Shown here: positions 1 to 14,990 of the stretch, in pieces
Layout: every line of letters starts with the position of its first letter
Position numbering within the stretch: position 1 is the first letter of the stretch
NCBI RefSeq assembly: GCF_009914755.1
Contig: NC_060926.1
Origin: the human T2T-CHM13v2.0 reference genome, Homo sapiens
DNA length: 64,000 nt
Direction: 5' to 3' (one strand)
Position numbers and translations under genes: made by a program
Notes under the pieces: generated by a model
What the model was told of the DNA's origin: nothing
What the model saw: the letters and a program-made list of their open reading frames with translations, nothing else
The model's database searches: none

Positions 1-2165
1 TTATTGGAATAATTGTTTTTTGGTATACAAATATTTAGCACAAAAAATATTTTCTCTAGCTAGTTTTATGAAATATATCCATGTGGGCATGTATACTAAA
101 GTGATAATATTAGAATGGATCACAGATAGAATGATGGCCATTAATGTAAATTGCTCAATAGAAAGAAAACCCCACATTTTGCTTGGGAAAAAACCATCTG
201 TATTTTCAGAATGAGGCATAAACCTCATTTTTAATGCTCTAGATTTGTTACAACAAGTAAAAACTACTCTAATTTTAGCAAAAGTACCAACTAGAGTCAG
301 TGAAAAATGATTGCAATTCAACTCTATGTATGTAACTATCATGGCAAACTAATTTTATAGAGTGTAGTTTTTTTTTTTTTTCCACTTTGAAGAGATTGGT
401 GTTAAATCCTATTTTTCTAATGTAGAGCATATTGGTTTAAAACAACAAACAAAAAGGCCCTCAAACAACAGTCCCAGTAAACCAAGTTGCAATTAGCTGC
501 CACTCCTGGGAAATATTCTAGGATATGTGGCTGGCACTTGAAAAATTTACACCTTCTGAGGAAAAGCAGAAAAATTCTGTCAAACAATTAAACTGATTGG
601 AATTCCCAAGAATATAAAAAACCAAAATGAGTCTTATGTTAGAAAAGAATGGGAAATAGTTCTATATATGGCTGCAAATTGGAGCAGAACAAGTAAAAGA
701 TTTTTTGCACCTTGTATAAATCATTTTTTTTCTTTAGAACAAATAGGAAAGTCAAGGAAAAACTCATTGTACTAGTTTATTTTTAAAAATTACACGTTAG
801 AGTTTGAAAATGTAATTAGTTAAATTACCTCAAAATAGCAATAGGACAGAGAGTTGTTAGTAATATTTTTGGATAAATGTATGAGATGGTTGTTAGATCT
901 ATGTATGAATATACATTGGACAACCAAGTTGGTTAAAAGTAAAAATCCGTATATTACTGTTAAAGAATGTAGAAAATATCAAGATGAGAAATATTCAAAT
1001 TAAGAGTAAGATAGAAGAAGAAATTGGCACTTCTAAGATTCAATTAGGATAAACTCTTATAACTTTGATTAAAAGAAAACTATGCAGTACAATGGAAAGG
1101 GAAAGACCCTATTGTATCTGCCTTTCCTAAGTAAATATATTCCAAAGTGTTATAAAAATTTAGACATCTTAGATTCTCAAGGAAATAAAATGTTTTCTTG
1201 TTTAAAACGCTGTGTGTTTGGCAGATATCTTGAAGAAAGAGAAAAGACTATGGTTTGCATGTTTCCTATGCCAAATATTTCTATGCTAACATCTTCAAAT
1301 ATGGGTTCATTACGTTCAAATTCCCTAATTTATATAGAAATTAAAAGCTTATTAAAGTAATGCTTCTCAAACTTTTCCATTAATAAGTCTCTAAAGAGAG
1401 AATAAAGTACTTTGAAAGTCTGGAGAGCGGTCAGAGATAAAGATATAGATTTAGGGATTTTCAGAATTTAGATGATATTTAACACATGAGGTTGAATTTT
1501 TGCCATTAAAGCTGTAATTTTTGTCACATATAAAAGAAATGAGTCTTACGGAAGTCATGATCCTTACAATCAACTTGCTCTTCAGTTCCTAAATTTCACT
1601 ATCATAGTGATTTGATTGTATTTTTTATAACAGTACTCCTTTTCAGCTGATGGCAGAGACTCTTGATCTCTGAATTAATATAGCCTCAATGAGTCATCCT
1701 TCATTAGTAAGATGAAGAATGAATTCTCTTTTACCCAATTAGGCTCTGAGCATTTTCCATGAAGATGAAGCACAAAATAATCCTGAATTTTAAATCTCTG
1801 AGTTGGTTATGCATATACACCTTCCAATTGGAAAAAGTGTTTCAAATCACTTCCTATAAGTTATAAATGTGTTAGTTTTTTTTTAAGTCAAGCTACTTTT
1901 AAAATATTTATTTTTACTATTTCTTTGATTATACTGAGAAAATCAAGAGGAAAATTATTTAAAATAAATCATTCTCAGGGATATACTGGCCACAGGTTTA
2001 TGATACCAATCTTGCAATCATGCCTATTAATTGATAAGTGTACACATCCCATTACATGCAAGTATCAGTACCTTTTTTTACAGAAGTTTTCCAAAATGAG
2101 GTACATATGTTTTGTTGAGGGTTTATAAGAAAAATATTTCTCCATTAAATATTAATCTGTGTTAC

Positions 2166-2423
<258 letters not shown>

Positions 2424-3644
2424 CATATTCTTAACCAACTACATATTTTTTATGAAACTTCATTTGATTTTAACTTTGCTTAAAATGTTACCACACAGTA
2501 GTCTTCAACCTTGTAGACATTTCTGTTTTGCTTTGAATATGATCTTCTTGGTATTTACAATTTAAAATAAAATTCTTACCCATCCTGATCGGTAGCTTTT
2601 CACTTGTATTGCCTATTTTTGAAAGAACTTCAATATTTTTTAGCATTTAGCTATTTGACCCATTGGTGATATTTAATATGTTCATAATTTATTTTGCTGT
2701 GTAGTATGAAGTAACTCAAGTACTCTGCACATTCAATATCATTTGGTAATTAATGAATTGCTCTTCTAATGTTTCGTGATGCTTATTTGTAATTACATAC
2801 TACTTTCCTGTTTAAATAAATGTATCTCAGAGACATTTTATTTCTTTGGTATTGACATAGTATTACTGTTTTAGTTATTTTAAACATATAATTTATTATA
2901 ACTACTAGAAAATCAAGTCTCCTGGTCAACTTTTTCTTTTCAAAATATCTCAATATTGCTATAGCATTCTCAGACTGTTAGTATGGTATGGAAACAACCT
3001 GATTTTGGCTTTTGTAAGTAACCTCTTTGGCACTCGTGTTTATATCTTCATTCAGAAAATGTTAGAAAAACATATTTATCAGTCATATTCAAAATATTTT
3101 AATGTATATTCAAAAACATTTGAGGTCAAGTTATTTGTGTTAATGTTCATATCACTGATCAAGTTATGTTTTTCAATCTTCACAAATTCACACTTTCTGT
3201 CCAATAGCTCCTCTCCATTTTTCATGTGTACCATTTCTATCTCAAAATTTCCATCTGTCTTTCTTCTGTATTAGAAATTGAAGTTTCTCCTTTCCATTGT
3301 CAGCACAATTTTATGCACTATTAATTATGCTCTTTTCTTTCTTTAATAAAGATTTTAATTCTGCTACTGTATGTAGATTTCTCCTGCATTGATTCTTTAC
3401 CTTTCTTCAGCCATATGTGCATTCCATTTGGTATTAACCCTTTAAAAAAGCAAATCTTCCATTTCTGGCAGTATAAATTACAAGTTTTCTGTTACTGAGA
3501 GGTCAACACCAGGTACATTCCTAAAGTTTCTATTTCTTGTAATAAATCTACCTTCCCCCTTAACCCAGATAAACATTTTCTCCGTATCTTTTAAGGATTT
3601 CTTCTCTTCTAACTTGTGGACACCTTTTCTAGGACCCAGGTTGA

Positions 3645-3967
<323 letters not shown>

Positions 3968-4540
3968 GTTTCTTACAGGTTTTTATACTTTCAAATCTAC
4001 TTGAGTTCTAACAAACTCATTCACTCTCATCTTGAAGGAAAATCGATGTGTCAAATATCGTTTTCCATGTTCTGCTCATTAAAAGGAGATGGATTTATTT
4101 CAAGAATTAAATTGAAATGTATTTTAATTTTAAACAGTTTGTGGAATTTCAAACAGTTTGTAGTTCTTTTTTTACTTGGATGCGGGCATGAATCTATAAT
4201 TCCCTAGAAGAATGAACTATGCCTTGTGTTCTTTTAAATCGCCGGTCATTGTTGATTTTACACATCAAGTGAAATCTATCCTCTTCTCATGCTGCTTCCT
4301 TAGAAGCTGATGGTGGTGGCAGGTGAAGAAGATGGGATAAAAAGGAATGTGAATGGTCCTGGTGGCCCCAGAAAACAGGTCACACATGGTAGGCTGATGA
4401 TTGTGAGGCTTTGCTGTGAGCAGGGCAGGCCAGAACATATTAGGGAGGAGAGCTAACAAGGGCTTTCTTAACATCCATACTCTTTCTGCTTTTTCTGCTT
4501 AACATCCATACTTTTTCTTCATTGAAAAGTTCTAGAAATG

Positions 4541-4861
<321 letters not shown>

Positions 4862-5542
4862 CTAGAAATGCATTAGCTGCTCATCTCAATCCAGGTGATC
4901 TAAAGTATTTAGAGAGTATTATGTTCTCTCTCTTTGAGAGAACTGCCAATCGATATTCTTGATTTTCAGTACTACTAAGGCCTGACCTCTTTTGTTTTCA
5001 TGTGGTTTTCAGTAGAAAAATATTAATCAAATAGGTACTTGACCACCAGGTCGATCCAGAATCTTGCTTTTTAATTGGATGTGTTTTAAATTTAAATTTA
5101 ACTCTATATGATGGAATTTTTTTTTATTTTTGGCATTGTCATCTCCAAGTTTGACAATGGAAAAGTACTGATGTCAATATAGACTATTTTTATTTTATGT
5201 TTTCAAGTACTTTCTTGATATGTTTGCCAGTTTATAATTTCATTGTTCTTGTGTCTTTTCAATAAATTGTTTTAAGATTAGATTAGTTTAAATAAATTAT
5301 TTATACTTCTCTATATACATCATTATTCTATTGCTATTTGTGAACACTATATTATTTTAAAACATTTCTGCTTAAAATATTGCTACACTAATATCCTCAT
5401 TTTCAAATTGTTGACATCCAAAAGTGAAAGAAATTGGGTGGGAATACTTTCATTTAACAAATTAGTTAAAAAAAAATTCAACAAGCTCTAATAGGAACTA
5501 ATACATATTTTTGAATTATTTGATGATGATTGGTAATAATTA

Positions 5543-5692
5543 CAGATACTTCTCAACTTATGATGGGCTGACTTCATGATAAACCCTTTGTAAGTTGAAA
5601 ATATCTTAAGTTAAAGGTGCACTTAATACCCCAATGAACCTATTGTAAAGTCAAAAAAAATGGTAATACCATCATAAATTGGAGAATATCTG
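5543..5692. mobile_element. TcMar-Tigger MITE (MER47/Tigger5-like)
   Basis: TA-CAGATACTTCTCAACTTATGATGG ... CCATCATAAATTGGAGAATATCTG-TA: terminal inverted repeats with TA TSD. Confidence 0.85.
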
Positions 5693-7100
5693 TACTAAAT
5701 GGTTTTATAGTATAAAATGTTCAACCTAACTCTAGTTAATAAGTATATGAACAGGCCACTTACTAGTTGGATGAAATATATTACAAATAAAAAATCATAA
5801 TGCATGTCCTTATGCCATATGTTGCATGACATTTTAAAAAATATTAAATACGTCAGTGTGGGCTAATATTTTATTTGTACAATTTTTTAATTTTATAAAT
5901 CTCTTCTGCTAATCTTACTTTGTAAATTAATTTTTAACCTATTTTAAATGCTAGTCATTTCCAAAAATTTCATTTCCATATTTTATTCCTATAAAACTTC
6001 ATCCAGTTAGTAATTTTCTATTTATTGCTAATTTATTTCCTGATGAATACAAAGATTATTGAACATAGTCTGGCTCATGGAGTTCAAATCTTTTTTAATG
6101 AATAAATATATTTTGTATTTTTTTTCTGGAATTCTAACAACTCTTCTGTTATATTATGACTGGGAAAATATCTGAATTTGATACATGAACTTTCCAGAAA
6201 AGTATGGCTTTCTGCATTTGGTGGCCATCCATTTTATTGTAATCACTACTTATCCTTTAAAATTTTTAAGTAAAATGTCCTGTGAATCTTGTTACCTTTG
6301 TCAGTTAGATGGCCTCATTAAGTACTCTGTTGTATAAACATAAATATATTAGATAACAACTTTGCAGCTTCGAGGAAAAGTGGCAAATGTCTCTCTACTC
6401 CTTGTTATCTGGGCCTTAGTGACTTATCTAAGTCCTGGCTGTCTTTAAAGTTCAGAATTTTAGGAGTACAAAGCTGTCTTTAATAACTAGTTTGTTTCCA
6501 CAGAGAAAAAAAAAATCCAAAGCTCTTCATTAATTTTCATTGTTACATTAGAACTAGCTTTTCTCTGGTCTTCTCATCTGTACTTCATTAAGTCACATTC
6601 TGTGGTATAATGTTGCAAGTTTGGAAATGCAGAAACAGTTCAAGAAATTGATTCTATTTGTTCTTTCTGTTCAATAGACCTTTGATCTGAAATGTTCAAT
6701 GGTGCCTGGCTGTTCCACACAAGCCACTTTTAAACCATTGTTCACATTGTAATAGCCTTGTTATCAGGTTGTATGAATTAATTCCATCACATTAGGAGAA
6801 GGAAGTTAGACTTCCACAGCACAATCTAATAACTGTCTCATGTTACCATACAATTGATTGGGTCACAAGACAACACATCGTGTTTATAATTGAACTGTTT
6901 TGTAAGGTGGTCTTGGTCTTAATTTCAGAATTTCATAACGACATTAATAGGTTTTGATTTCCCCAGGACACCTTGCCCAACAGTCTTTGAGAACCTAACA
7001 ATGTATAACTGAAAATGTCACAATGAAGCAGGCCACCACTCTTGGTAAAATTCCCGAATCAAACTCTTCTGTGCAATGATGTAACCACCTACAAACAAAA

Positions 7101-7365
7101 CCAGCACTTTGGGAGGCCGAGGTGGGTGGATCATTTGAGGTCAGGAGTTTCAGACCAGCCTGGACAACATGGTGAAACCCCATCTCTACTAAAAATTAAA
7201 AAAAAAAAAAATTAGCTGGATGTGTCCCAGATACTTAGGAAGTTGAGGCAGGAGAATCACTTTCACTTGAACCTGGTAGGCAGAGGTTGCAGTGAGCCAA
7301 GATGGCACCACTGCACTCCAGCCCGGACAACAGAGACTCCATCTCAAAGAAAACAAAACAAAAAA
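7101..7365 (+). mobile_element. AluS, 5'-truncated
   Basis: Starts CCAGCACTTTGGGAGGCCGAGG; near-TSD AACCACC(T/C)ACAAAC at 7083-7096 and 7371-7384. Confidence 0.95.
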
Positions 7366-8842
7366 GCAGAAACCACCCACAAACTAAAAAGGCAATTATC
7401 TTGATGGGGCAGGAGGAGTTAGGAGAAATATGGAAGTTCTCTAGTCAGCCGCTGTCAAACCTTGGCAGAGAGTAGCTACTAAGTTGTCTGTGGAGAGATC
7501 CCAGAGATCCCACAGGCTTGCCACACCATCACGGAACTATTGATAGCAAAAAATGGAAATTAACTAGTAAGGGAATGGAATAACGTGTTACGTTGCTGTC
7601 TCTATCACATATTACTGAGCTTGGTGGTGGTGAGTTGCAGTTAGACAATTTGCAAACAGTAATTTTGAAACAGTTCAAATAGACACATTAACAAATTAAC
7701 TATTTGATGAGCTGAATTCATTCCTCCACCTGGTTAAGTTCGTATATGTGAGATTATTCTCATTACTTACTTGAAAAGATCCAGTGAGCAATTTTTCCTT
7801 AAGGCAAGCTTCCTGCTCTTTAGGTTACCAACCCCAGAGGGATGATCAAGTGAGTTCCCAGATTCTTTTATGTAAGGTAACTTCCAGGGCTATTAACCTA
7901 TGATAATGTAGTTCCCTGGACCCGGTAGTCCTCTGATACGCTGGTTTGCTTGTGTCTGTACTCTTTTGGTGATATGTGACTGCTTTGAAACAATGGATAA
8001 GCCCTTTAACACCACTGTTCATTTGTTCATTTGTTTGACTTCCCAATGCTGAGCCATTTCCCTCCTGGTGTGCCCTCACTTTGCCTCTCTTCCAAGACCC
8101 TGGCTATCTGAACAGGTAGGGCTTGTAAGTCTTAAGCTATTAGGTACCTTTGGGCAGCTTTGTTAGACAACTTTCAAGTGACAAGACAAATCCATAAACC
8201 CATCCTTTACAACAAGTTCTTTCATGAACTCTTCCTTGACTTCCATAGCGAGAATCGTTCTTCCCACCTCTACTCTTCTGTAGTGCATACAACCTTAAAG
8301 AGACTGGTGTGAAAATTAAACATAACTTAGACAGAATGGCTCCCACATCAAGTGTTCAGTAAGCATGAATAATGTTTATGAAGACCATTTATTCAGCCCA
8401 CCATTTCTAATCTTATCATTACCCTTTACCAAACACTCTAGTGAAATCTCAGCACTCTGTTAGATCTTTCACGTGTATCATTTCTACTCTTTGCAGCCGA
8501 CTTACCAAATGTATAGCTTGGTCTGTTTTCTTGTTTAAATGAAAGAATTTACAGAGGGATTAGTTACTTTCCCCTATTTCATAAAGCTCTTATGGCAAAA
8601 TCAGGGTTTAAACACAGAGGTGGGTTGCCTGTAGTGCCTGCATTGCTAATGTTTATTTAATATTACTTCTGGATGACAGTTTTGCTGTCTTTGTGCATTA
8701 TTAGAATTATTAATCCCATTTGTTAGACATTTTTTGTTAACTGGCATTTTTATGCATATTTTCATATGCCTACATATTCCTTCTCTCATTACATTTTGCA
8801 TCTTTGTAAAGCAGGGGCCACAACTACTTTTTAAAATCTTCT

Positions 8843-9011
8843 GGCCAGGTGTGGCAGCTCACATCTGTAGTTTTAGCTACTTGGGAGGCTGAGGCAGGAA
8901 GGATGACATGAGCCCAAGAGTTCAAGGCTACAGTGAGCAGCAGTGGCACCACCACACTCCAGCCTTGGTGACAGAGTAAGATTTTGTCTCTTAAAAAACA
9001 AAACAAAAAAA
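8843..9011 (+). mobile_element. Old Alu monomer (FRAM/FAM-like)
   Basis: Single Alu arm GGCCAGGTGTGG...GAGCCCAAGAGTTCAAGGCTACAGTGAG...TGTCTC plus A-tail. Confidence 0.85.
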
Positions 9012-10289
9012 CTTTAGTGCCTACCATAGTTTCTTGCATGGTGATGCTTAATAGTATGTTTATTCTTTGTTTGGTTTAATTTTGTACCTTGCTGAAACAT
9101 TGGCTTAGCTTTAGGCACACAATAGAAATGAGCAAAAACTTCAGAGTGATTTAGAAATTGCATCGTTGGAGACTTCCCCACCACACCATCTTATCATCTT
9201 TCTATGCACTGAGGCCTCATATTTCACAGTGTTCTTTGTAGTTGTCTTGTTTCTGTTGCTGTGATTGTCATTTGTGTTTTGATCCTGGATTTACTGAAAT
9301 GCTTCCTTACACCCTCCTGAACTTTCTTTGCTTTTCCCCCTCTAGTATGCCCAGGCAACCTAAGCGTGGAAATGAATTCATTCTTAGCCATTCTCTTTTC
9401 AAACAACAAGAAATAAAGTCGTTTATTTTTCATTTGTTGCACACTCCTCAGTAAGAAAAAATGGGCAGTTTCATTACGTATCATTTGTTTCTTATTTCTT
9501 TAGTGTAACTGGCAGACATGACTTGTTTGCTTTTGGAAAAAGGAATATGAGAAGGACAGATTCAGGGACTCATATCAGGATCCAGAATGTCCCCCCAGGC
9601 CTTAGAATTATATATGTGCTTGACACATAGATGAAATGTCTGCCTGGGTATTTGGACAGATAGAACTTTTACTTTTACATCTTAAGGTAATAGCCATCTT
9701 TGGGCATCTTTCTCAGAAAACCTTCAAGCAGAAGCCAATGAGACAAATCCAGAGACTGTACTGCCCTGCTTTGTTTACTAAATGCACCTATTTATAGACA
9801 AAACTTGAAGTTGGTGATAATACCTACATGGTGCAATGGGGTCACAACACCCATTTTAATCAGCTGGATAATCTTTAGATTGATTAGTTTCTAAGCCTGA
9901 GGTAAAATGGGCCATGATTCCTTCTTCAAATTCTCTGTCTCTGCATCCTCCTCTTGCTGTCCCATTCTCACCAGCTTCTGTAGGGGCCTTTTCCTGCCCA
10001 GTTCTCTCCATATGGTTTATTTAGAGAAAAGTACAGAGAATATTTTTATACTCTGTGAGGAAATTTATAGATATAGACTATGCATCTCCAGCATCTTACA
10101 AAGCTTGGGTTCATTATCTGAATATTTTTACATTGGTTGATAGTGGCAGGTCTGAGACTCTAGCAGAAGTAATTCTGAAAACAATTCCCTCCAGGTTGTA
10201 TTTGTTACATTTATATTTTTTAAAATCCCATATTTATATACTAAACAATACAGACATTTTATCCTATGTAGAAAGAAAATGCCAAGATA

Positions 10290-10700
10290 AAAACAGTGCC
10301 AGGGTTGGTTAATTCAATAGCTCAGTGACATCATTGACAACACAGTTGTTCCTTCTTCCTGTCCTGTCATCCCGTGTCACCTTCTCTCACTCACGGCTGC
10401 ATGTTGCCTATTGCCGGTCCAGAATGTTCGTGAAGACCTGACAGAGTTAAGCAGATTGAAGGATTCTTTCTTATACCTCTTGAAGATCAAAAAATGCTTC
10501 TCCCAGATGGTCTGCAGCAGGCACTCTTGTGTCTTGCTGGACTAGAACTGATCACATGCCCACCCCACAATCTAACCCTATAACCTGCGAGAGGAATGGA
10601 GGTACCATAGTTGACGAGGAAGGAGGACTGACATTTCCCCAACTTAAGGCTCTACTAGTAAAGAAGAAAATGGCTTTTGAGTAGGTAACTGAGAATGCCT
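10290..10700 (-). mobile_element. Old MaLR LTR fragment (MLT1K/L-like); boundaries approximate
   Basis: CAGGGTTGGTTAATTCAATAGCTCAGTGACATCA and GGACTAGAACTGATCACATGCCCACCCC resemble old MLT1 consensus. Confidence 0.5.
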
Positions 10701-11199
10701 GCTAAATTTGGCCCCTTTTTTAGACACTGACCTTGGGCATTATCTATTGTCATTCACATTTCTTACCCCAAGTATCTAATTATCTAGTCCAAATGCAGGG
10801 TTTTTTTCCATTCCCTAATGTAGAGTTCCATAGTGCCTCAAATATTTCTATTCTGGTACAATGCATATACAACTACTTAAATAATACTAAATTGACTACT
10901 ACAGCAATTTAAAAATACAAGAAATCTTCTTATTTATAGTTTAATAAAAATAACTTCTGGCCTCTTGAGCCCAGAAGGCACTGTGAAATTCATAGTCACA
11001 TTTTGAGATACAGATATTTTGTTCTTTGTACCTAGCTACGCTGAAGAGTTTCTTTCTTTCTTTTTTTTTTTTTTTGGCCAGGCTACATGTAAGATGGATT
11101 AAAAGAAGGCAGATTTATTATACATTGTAGGTGCTGTTTTTACTCAAATAGCAGAGAATTTAGAGGCCACTTATTTAAGTACAAATGCTGCCTCCTACC

Positions 11200-11355
11200 T
11201 AAGTCACTTAATCAGGACACTTTAATTTCTACCACTGCTAAATTCAGCTAATAATACCTGCCCCCTATCTACCTCTCTGGGAAGCTGGGAGGATTAATTA
11301 GATAAAGTCTTAAAGCTCCTCAGAGAGAAGTGGTATATGTAAAAGATGTTATTAT
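11200..11355 (+). mobile_element. MIR fragment
   Basis: AAGTCACTTAA...AATAATACCTGCC...GGAGGATTAATTAGATAA MIR core. Confidence 0.5.
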
Positions 11356-13159
11356 TTCTAGGGAAGAATGAAGCGGTATCTCTTTTATGGACTGTCCACA
11401 CTTCTAGAATTTTTTCCTCTTATTCAGCTCAAGTGCCAATTTTGTGGATTTTAATTCATCATGTGAGACCCTTCTCATTCTCAAGTAGTTGTACTTAGAG
11501 AAAAGATTTTCAAGTATTGCGTCTGATGATGGGAAGTACATTCCTGAGTTTCACTGAATATTTCAGAGCACTATCCTGCAAACTGGTATATATGCTGGAA
11601 TCTGGTTGCAATATTTGTAAAAACAAGCCATGACTGCATTGCAGAATGTGACCCGGGCCTATTTTTGAGATCCTTTCCAATCCCCATGATCTAAGTCAGG
11701 TCACTTTGGACATAGAAGACAAATTGATAGTAAAATCTTGAATCTCTCATAAATCTTGTTAAATAGTTTATATTTAAATATTCTTTTGAGCTATACATTT
11801 TTATATTTAGATTACAGAATTCTATCCTTCAAGAATTCTCAGTTTTGGTTATATAGTTAAGTGTACACAATTTTCCCAACCTATGATCCACTTTACAGAG
11901 CTTTGAGTATGCTTGCCTTTTACATTGCTTTATTGGACATTGAACACTTTCATTAACTATTACATTGATGGTTTCCTGTTTAGAAATTGAGTTAGCACAT
12001 CCCTGTGTGTTTTGGTAACTGCAGCTGCTACTTGATGTTAACAAGTCTGCATTCTGGTCAGTGGTGCAGCAGCTCATTACAGATAGAGATGGGCTTATTT
12101 TCTCACAGTAGTTTGAGAAGCCAGTGAGTCACTGGATCCACTGGAGATCTTGGGAGAGCTTGGGAAGTGGCTGTTGCTGGGAACAGCCAGGTTGACTTCC
12201 CCCAAACACTTTAGAGAAGATTTTGACCACCTTCAATCATTCACACTTTCTAGAAATGAATTCAACCTATAATTCTTCACAAGTCAAAATGACAGATTCT
12301 TTCAAAGCAAAAGCATAGCTATATGATTTACTGGAATCAGGTTTTCATATTTATAGGCTTTCTTTTAAAAAGATAAAATTTCTTGTTTTTCTTCCAGTTC
12401 TAAAGGAAAAGATGAGAAATGAGTGTCAAATTTGACTCAGTGACTAATACCAAACTCACTCAATCTGCCAGGCATCAGGAACTGGGCAACTCAATAGGAG
12501 CAAGAAAGGATGTAGGGAGCACAGTGTCATTAGGGGAAAAGCCTTTACCTTGCCGGAGGATAGAGTGAAGAAGAAAATCAAGGGTCAGGTCATTTCTAGG
12601 TCTATTTATCACATGAAGAAACAATAAAGAGAGGTTAATAGTGCACTTAAGACTTGCACTACCAACCACTTACCTAAGTCAGGTATTGGGCCCTGACCCT
12701 TCTCATCATAAACTCCTCTGCTCTTGGCAGAAGCTAGAAATGAGGGTGAGTGAACACGGGCCTAGCATGAGAGAAGGCAGAAATGGTTTTTCCCCGTATG
12801 GTGACAACATGGCTTTTCCTAGTGTTACCAGCTTCATTCATCAAAATGTATTATCTGTCTATGGTGCCTTCTTGTGAAGCATTCACAGCCAAGAGGAGTG
12901 CTGACATTAGCTTAAAAAGCTAAGTTTTAAGGCTTTGATGAAGGATTCACTGAGTGGTTTTGAGAAAGGAGAATCATGGCTTTGAAATTCAAACACATCC
13001 TTAACTACCACCCTCATTCCACCAATTAAATAAAGTGAAATGATGAATAACAGACAATTTATAAGAAAGTATCTATAGTTTTAGATACAAAGAGATGACA
13101 AATGCAAAAAGAACACCCCTATATTTTGCTAGAAGAAAAAACATTTAGATACAGATTTT

Positions 13160-13400
13160 TTAGAAAGTAGTACAGCTAATTAGCAGTAGAGCCATGTTTT
13201 ACTTACTACATGCTAGACACTAAGAACTTATGCTTAATCCTTAAAACATCACTAAGACAGTTACACCCATTTTACAAATCAAGAAAAGTAACAAAGATTC
13301 CAGTCACTTTTCCAAGGTCATATAATTAGTAAGTGGTAAAAGACAGGCCCAGAGCTAGGGCGATCTATTTATAGATGGCTTCATGTTGACTACTCTGCTA
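13160..13400 (-). mobile_element. MIR
   Basis: CCCATTTTACAAAT...TCCAAGGTCATATAATTAGTAAGTGG, the reverse MIR core. Confidence 0.7.
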
Positions 13401-14490
13401 CACATGTAATGAAGACAATTTAAAATGTGGAAAATAATAAATGCTAATTCCAGATTTTCAAAATACATCAAATATATACATAGGAAGGACAGTAATCACA
13501 AGACACCATTAGGCTACTTTAATATAAAAAGACCAAGAGCTTGGATGAAGTCTTTTATACAGAAAGTGCTAAGGAGCATAGCAAGATGAGTTTTATATTA
13601 GGATATAATATAATAGGATAAGATATGACTTATTGTTAGGATGTTTTTGCAATTAAGATTTGCTTAAAAATAGAAACATGCTTCATGAGGTCCTGCAACA
13701 GTTCAGGTAGGAAGCAACAGCTAAATACAAGAGATACTTCAAATGACTCTTCCATAGGTAACGTGGACTCCCGGGAAACGGGCCTAAGAACCCAATCTCT
13801 CAGATGTTATAATGAAGCTGCAGGTCCTCTTTACATTGGCCAACTGTTAATGATGATGTTTCATTATGGTAATACAATGGCCAGTCATTACCCTCACACT
13901 TTATTAAAATGTACATGTGTTGCAGATACCTCATCTTCATTAGCAATGATAGACTCCGAATATTCTACTTTCCATTTTAAAGAATCCTACTATTGAGATA
14001 AAGAGAAGAAAAACATTTCTCACTTTATTCCTTTTTTATGCTTTTTGATTGCTGAATTATGTGAAAGTGTTACCTAGCCAAAAATATTTTTAAAGTCTTC
14101 TATGAATCCAGTATTCATAAGCTTATGTAACTCTTCCTTCACTCTCAGACTAAATGAACTTGTTATAGATGGAATTGAATAAAGTTACCATCTACAGTAC
14201 TCATAAGTTTTTTCTTTTAGTAGTTTTCAGTTTTAGTAACTTCTTGGAGTTATCACTTTAAAATTGTGTTTCTAATCCTCCTATACTTGTAAATAAATTT
14301 GTAAATATCAGAATCATATTGTTTATGATATATGTAAAGTTTTATTTCCCCCTAAAAGTCTATAGACTTTAATCTGCCCTCGTATGGAAGTTTCTCTATT
14401 ACTTTAATAATAATTTTAATAATGTTATAATTACAGAAGCACCAAAAATAAGGCATGCATCCATCTCTCATTGTATAACATCATTATTGG

Positions 14491-14854
14491 TGTATTAGTT
14501 TGTTTGCATACTGCTGATAAAGACATACCCAAGACTGGGTAGTTTATAAGGAAAAAGAGGTTTAATAGACTTACAGTTCCACACGGCTGGGGAGGCCTCA
14601 CAATCATGGCAGAAAGCAAAGAGGAGCAAGTCACATCTTACATGGGTGGTGGCAGGCAAAGAGGGAGAACTTGTGTCAGGGAACTCCTCTTTATAAAACC
14701 ATCAGGTCTCATGAGACATGCGCAGAACAGCACAAGAAAGACCTGCCCCCATGATTCAATTACCTCTCACTGTTTCCCCACCAACAACATGTGGGAATTG
14801 TGGGAGCTACAATTCAAAATGAGATTTGGGTGGGGACACAGCCAAACCATATCA
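14491..14854 (-). mobile_element. THE1 (B/C-like) MaLR solo LTR
   Basis: TGTATTAG...CTGCTGATAAAGACATACCCAAGACTGGG...GAGATTTGGGTGGGGACACAGCCAAACCATATCA; TG..CA ends, about 364 bp. Confidence 0.95.
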
Positions 14855-14990
14855 GGTAAATATTAATTGCTCCATCTTAAACGTGAGAAAACTGGGATTC
14901 AGAGAGGTTAAATAACTTGCCGGATTTCACACAGCTGATAAATTACAGAGCCAAAATTTGGACCCAGATCTGTTTTCACAACTTGTACTC
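14855..14990 (-). mobile_element. MIR abutting (probably interrupted by) the THE1 LTR
   Basis: TGAGAAAACTGGGATTCAGAGAGGTTAAATAACTTGCC...CACACAGCT. Confidence 0.75.

Noticed and set aside
1689-1697. Perfect AP-1 site ATGAGTCAT
   Set aside because: An isolated short motif is expected by chance in 64 kb
4283-4394. Possible exon (TTCCTTAG acceptor ... CATG/GTAGGC donor)
   Set aside because: Such splice-like pairs are frequent by chance; no reading-frame partner or transcript evidence
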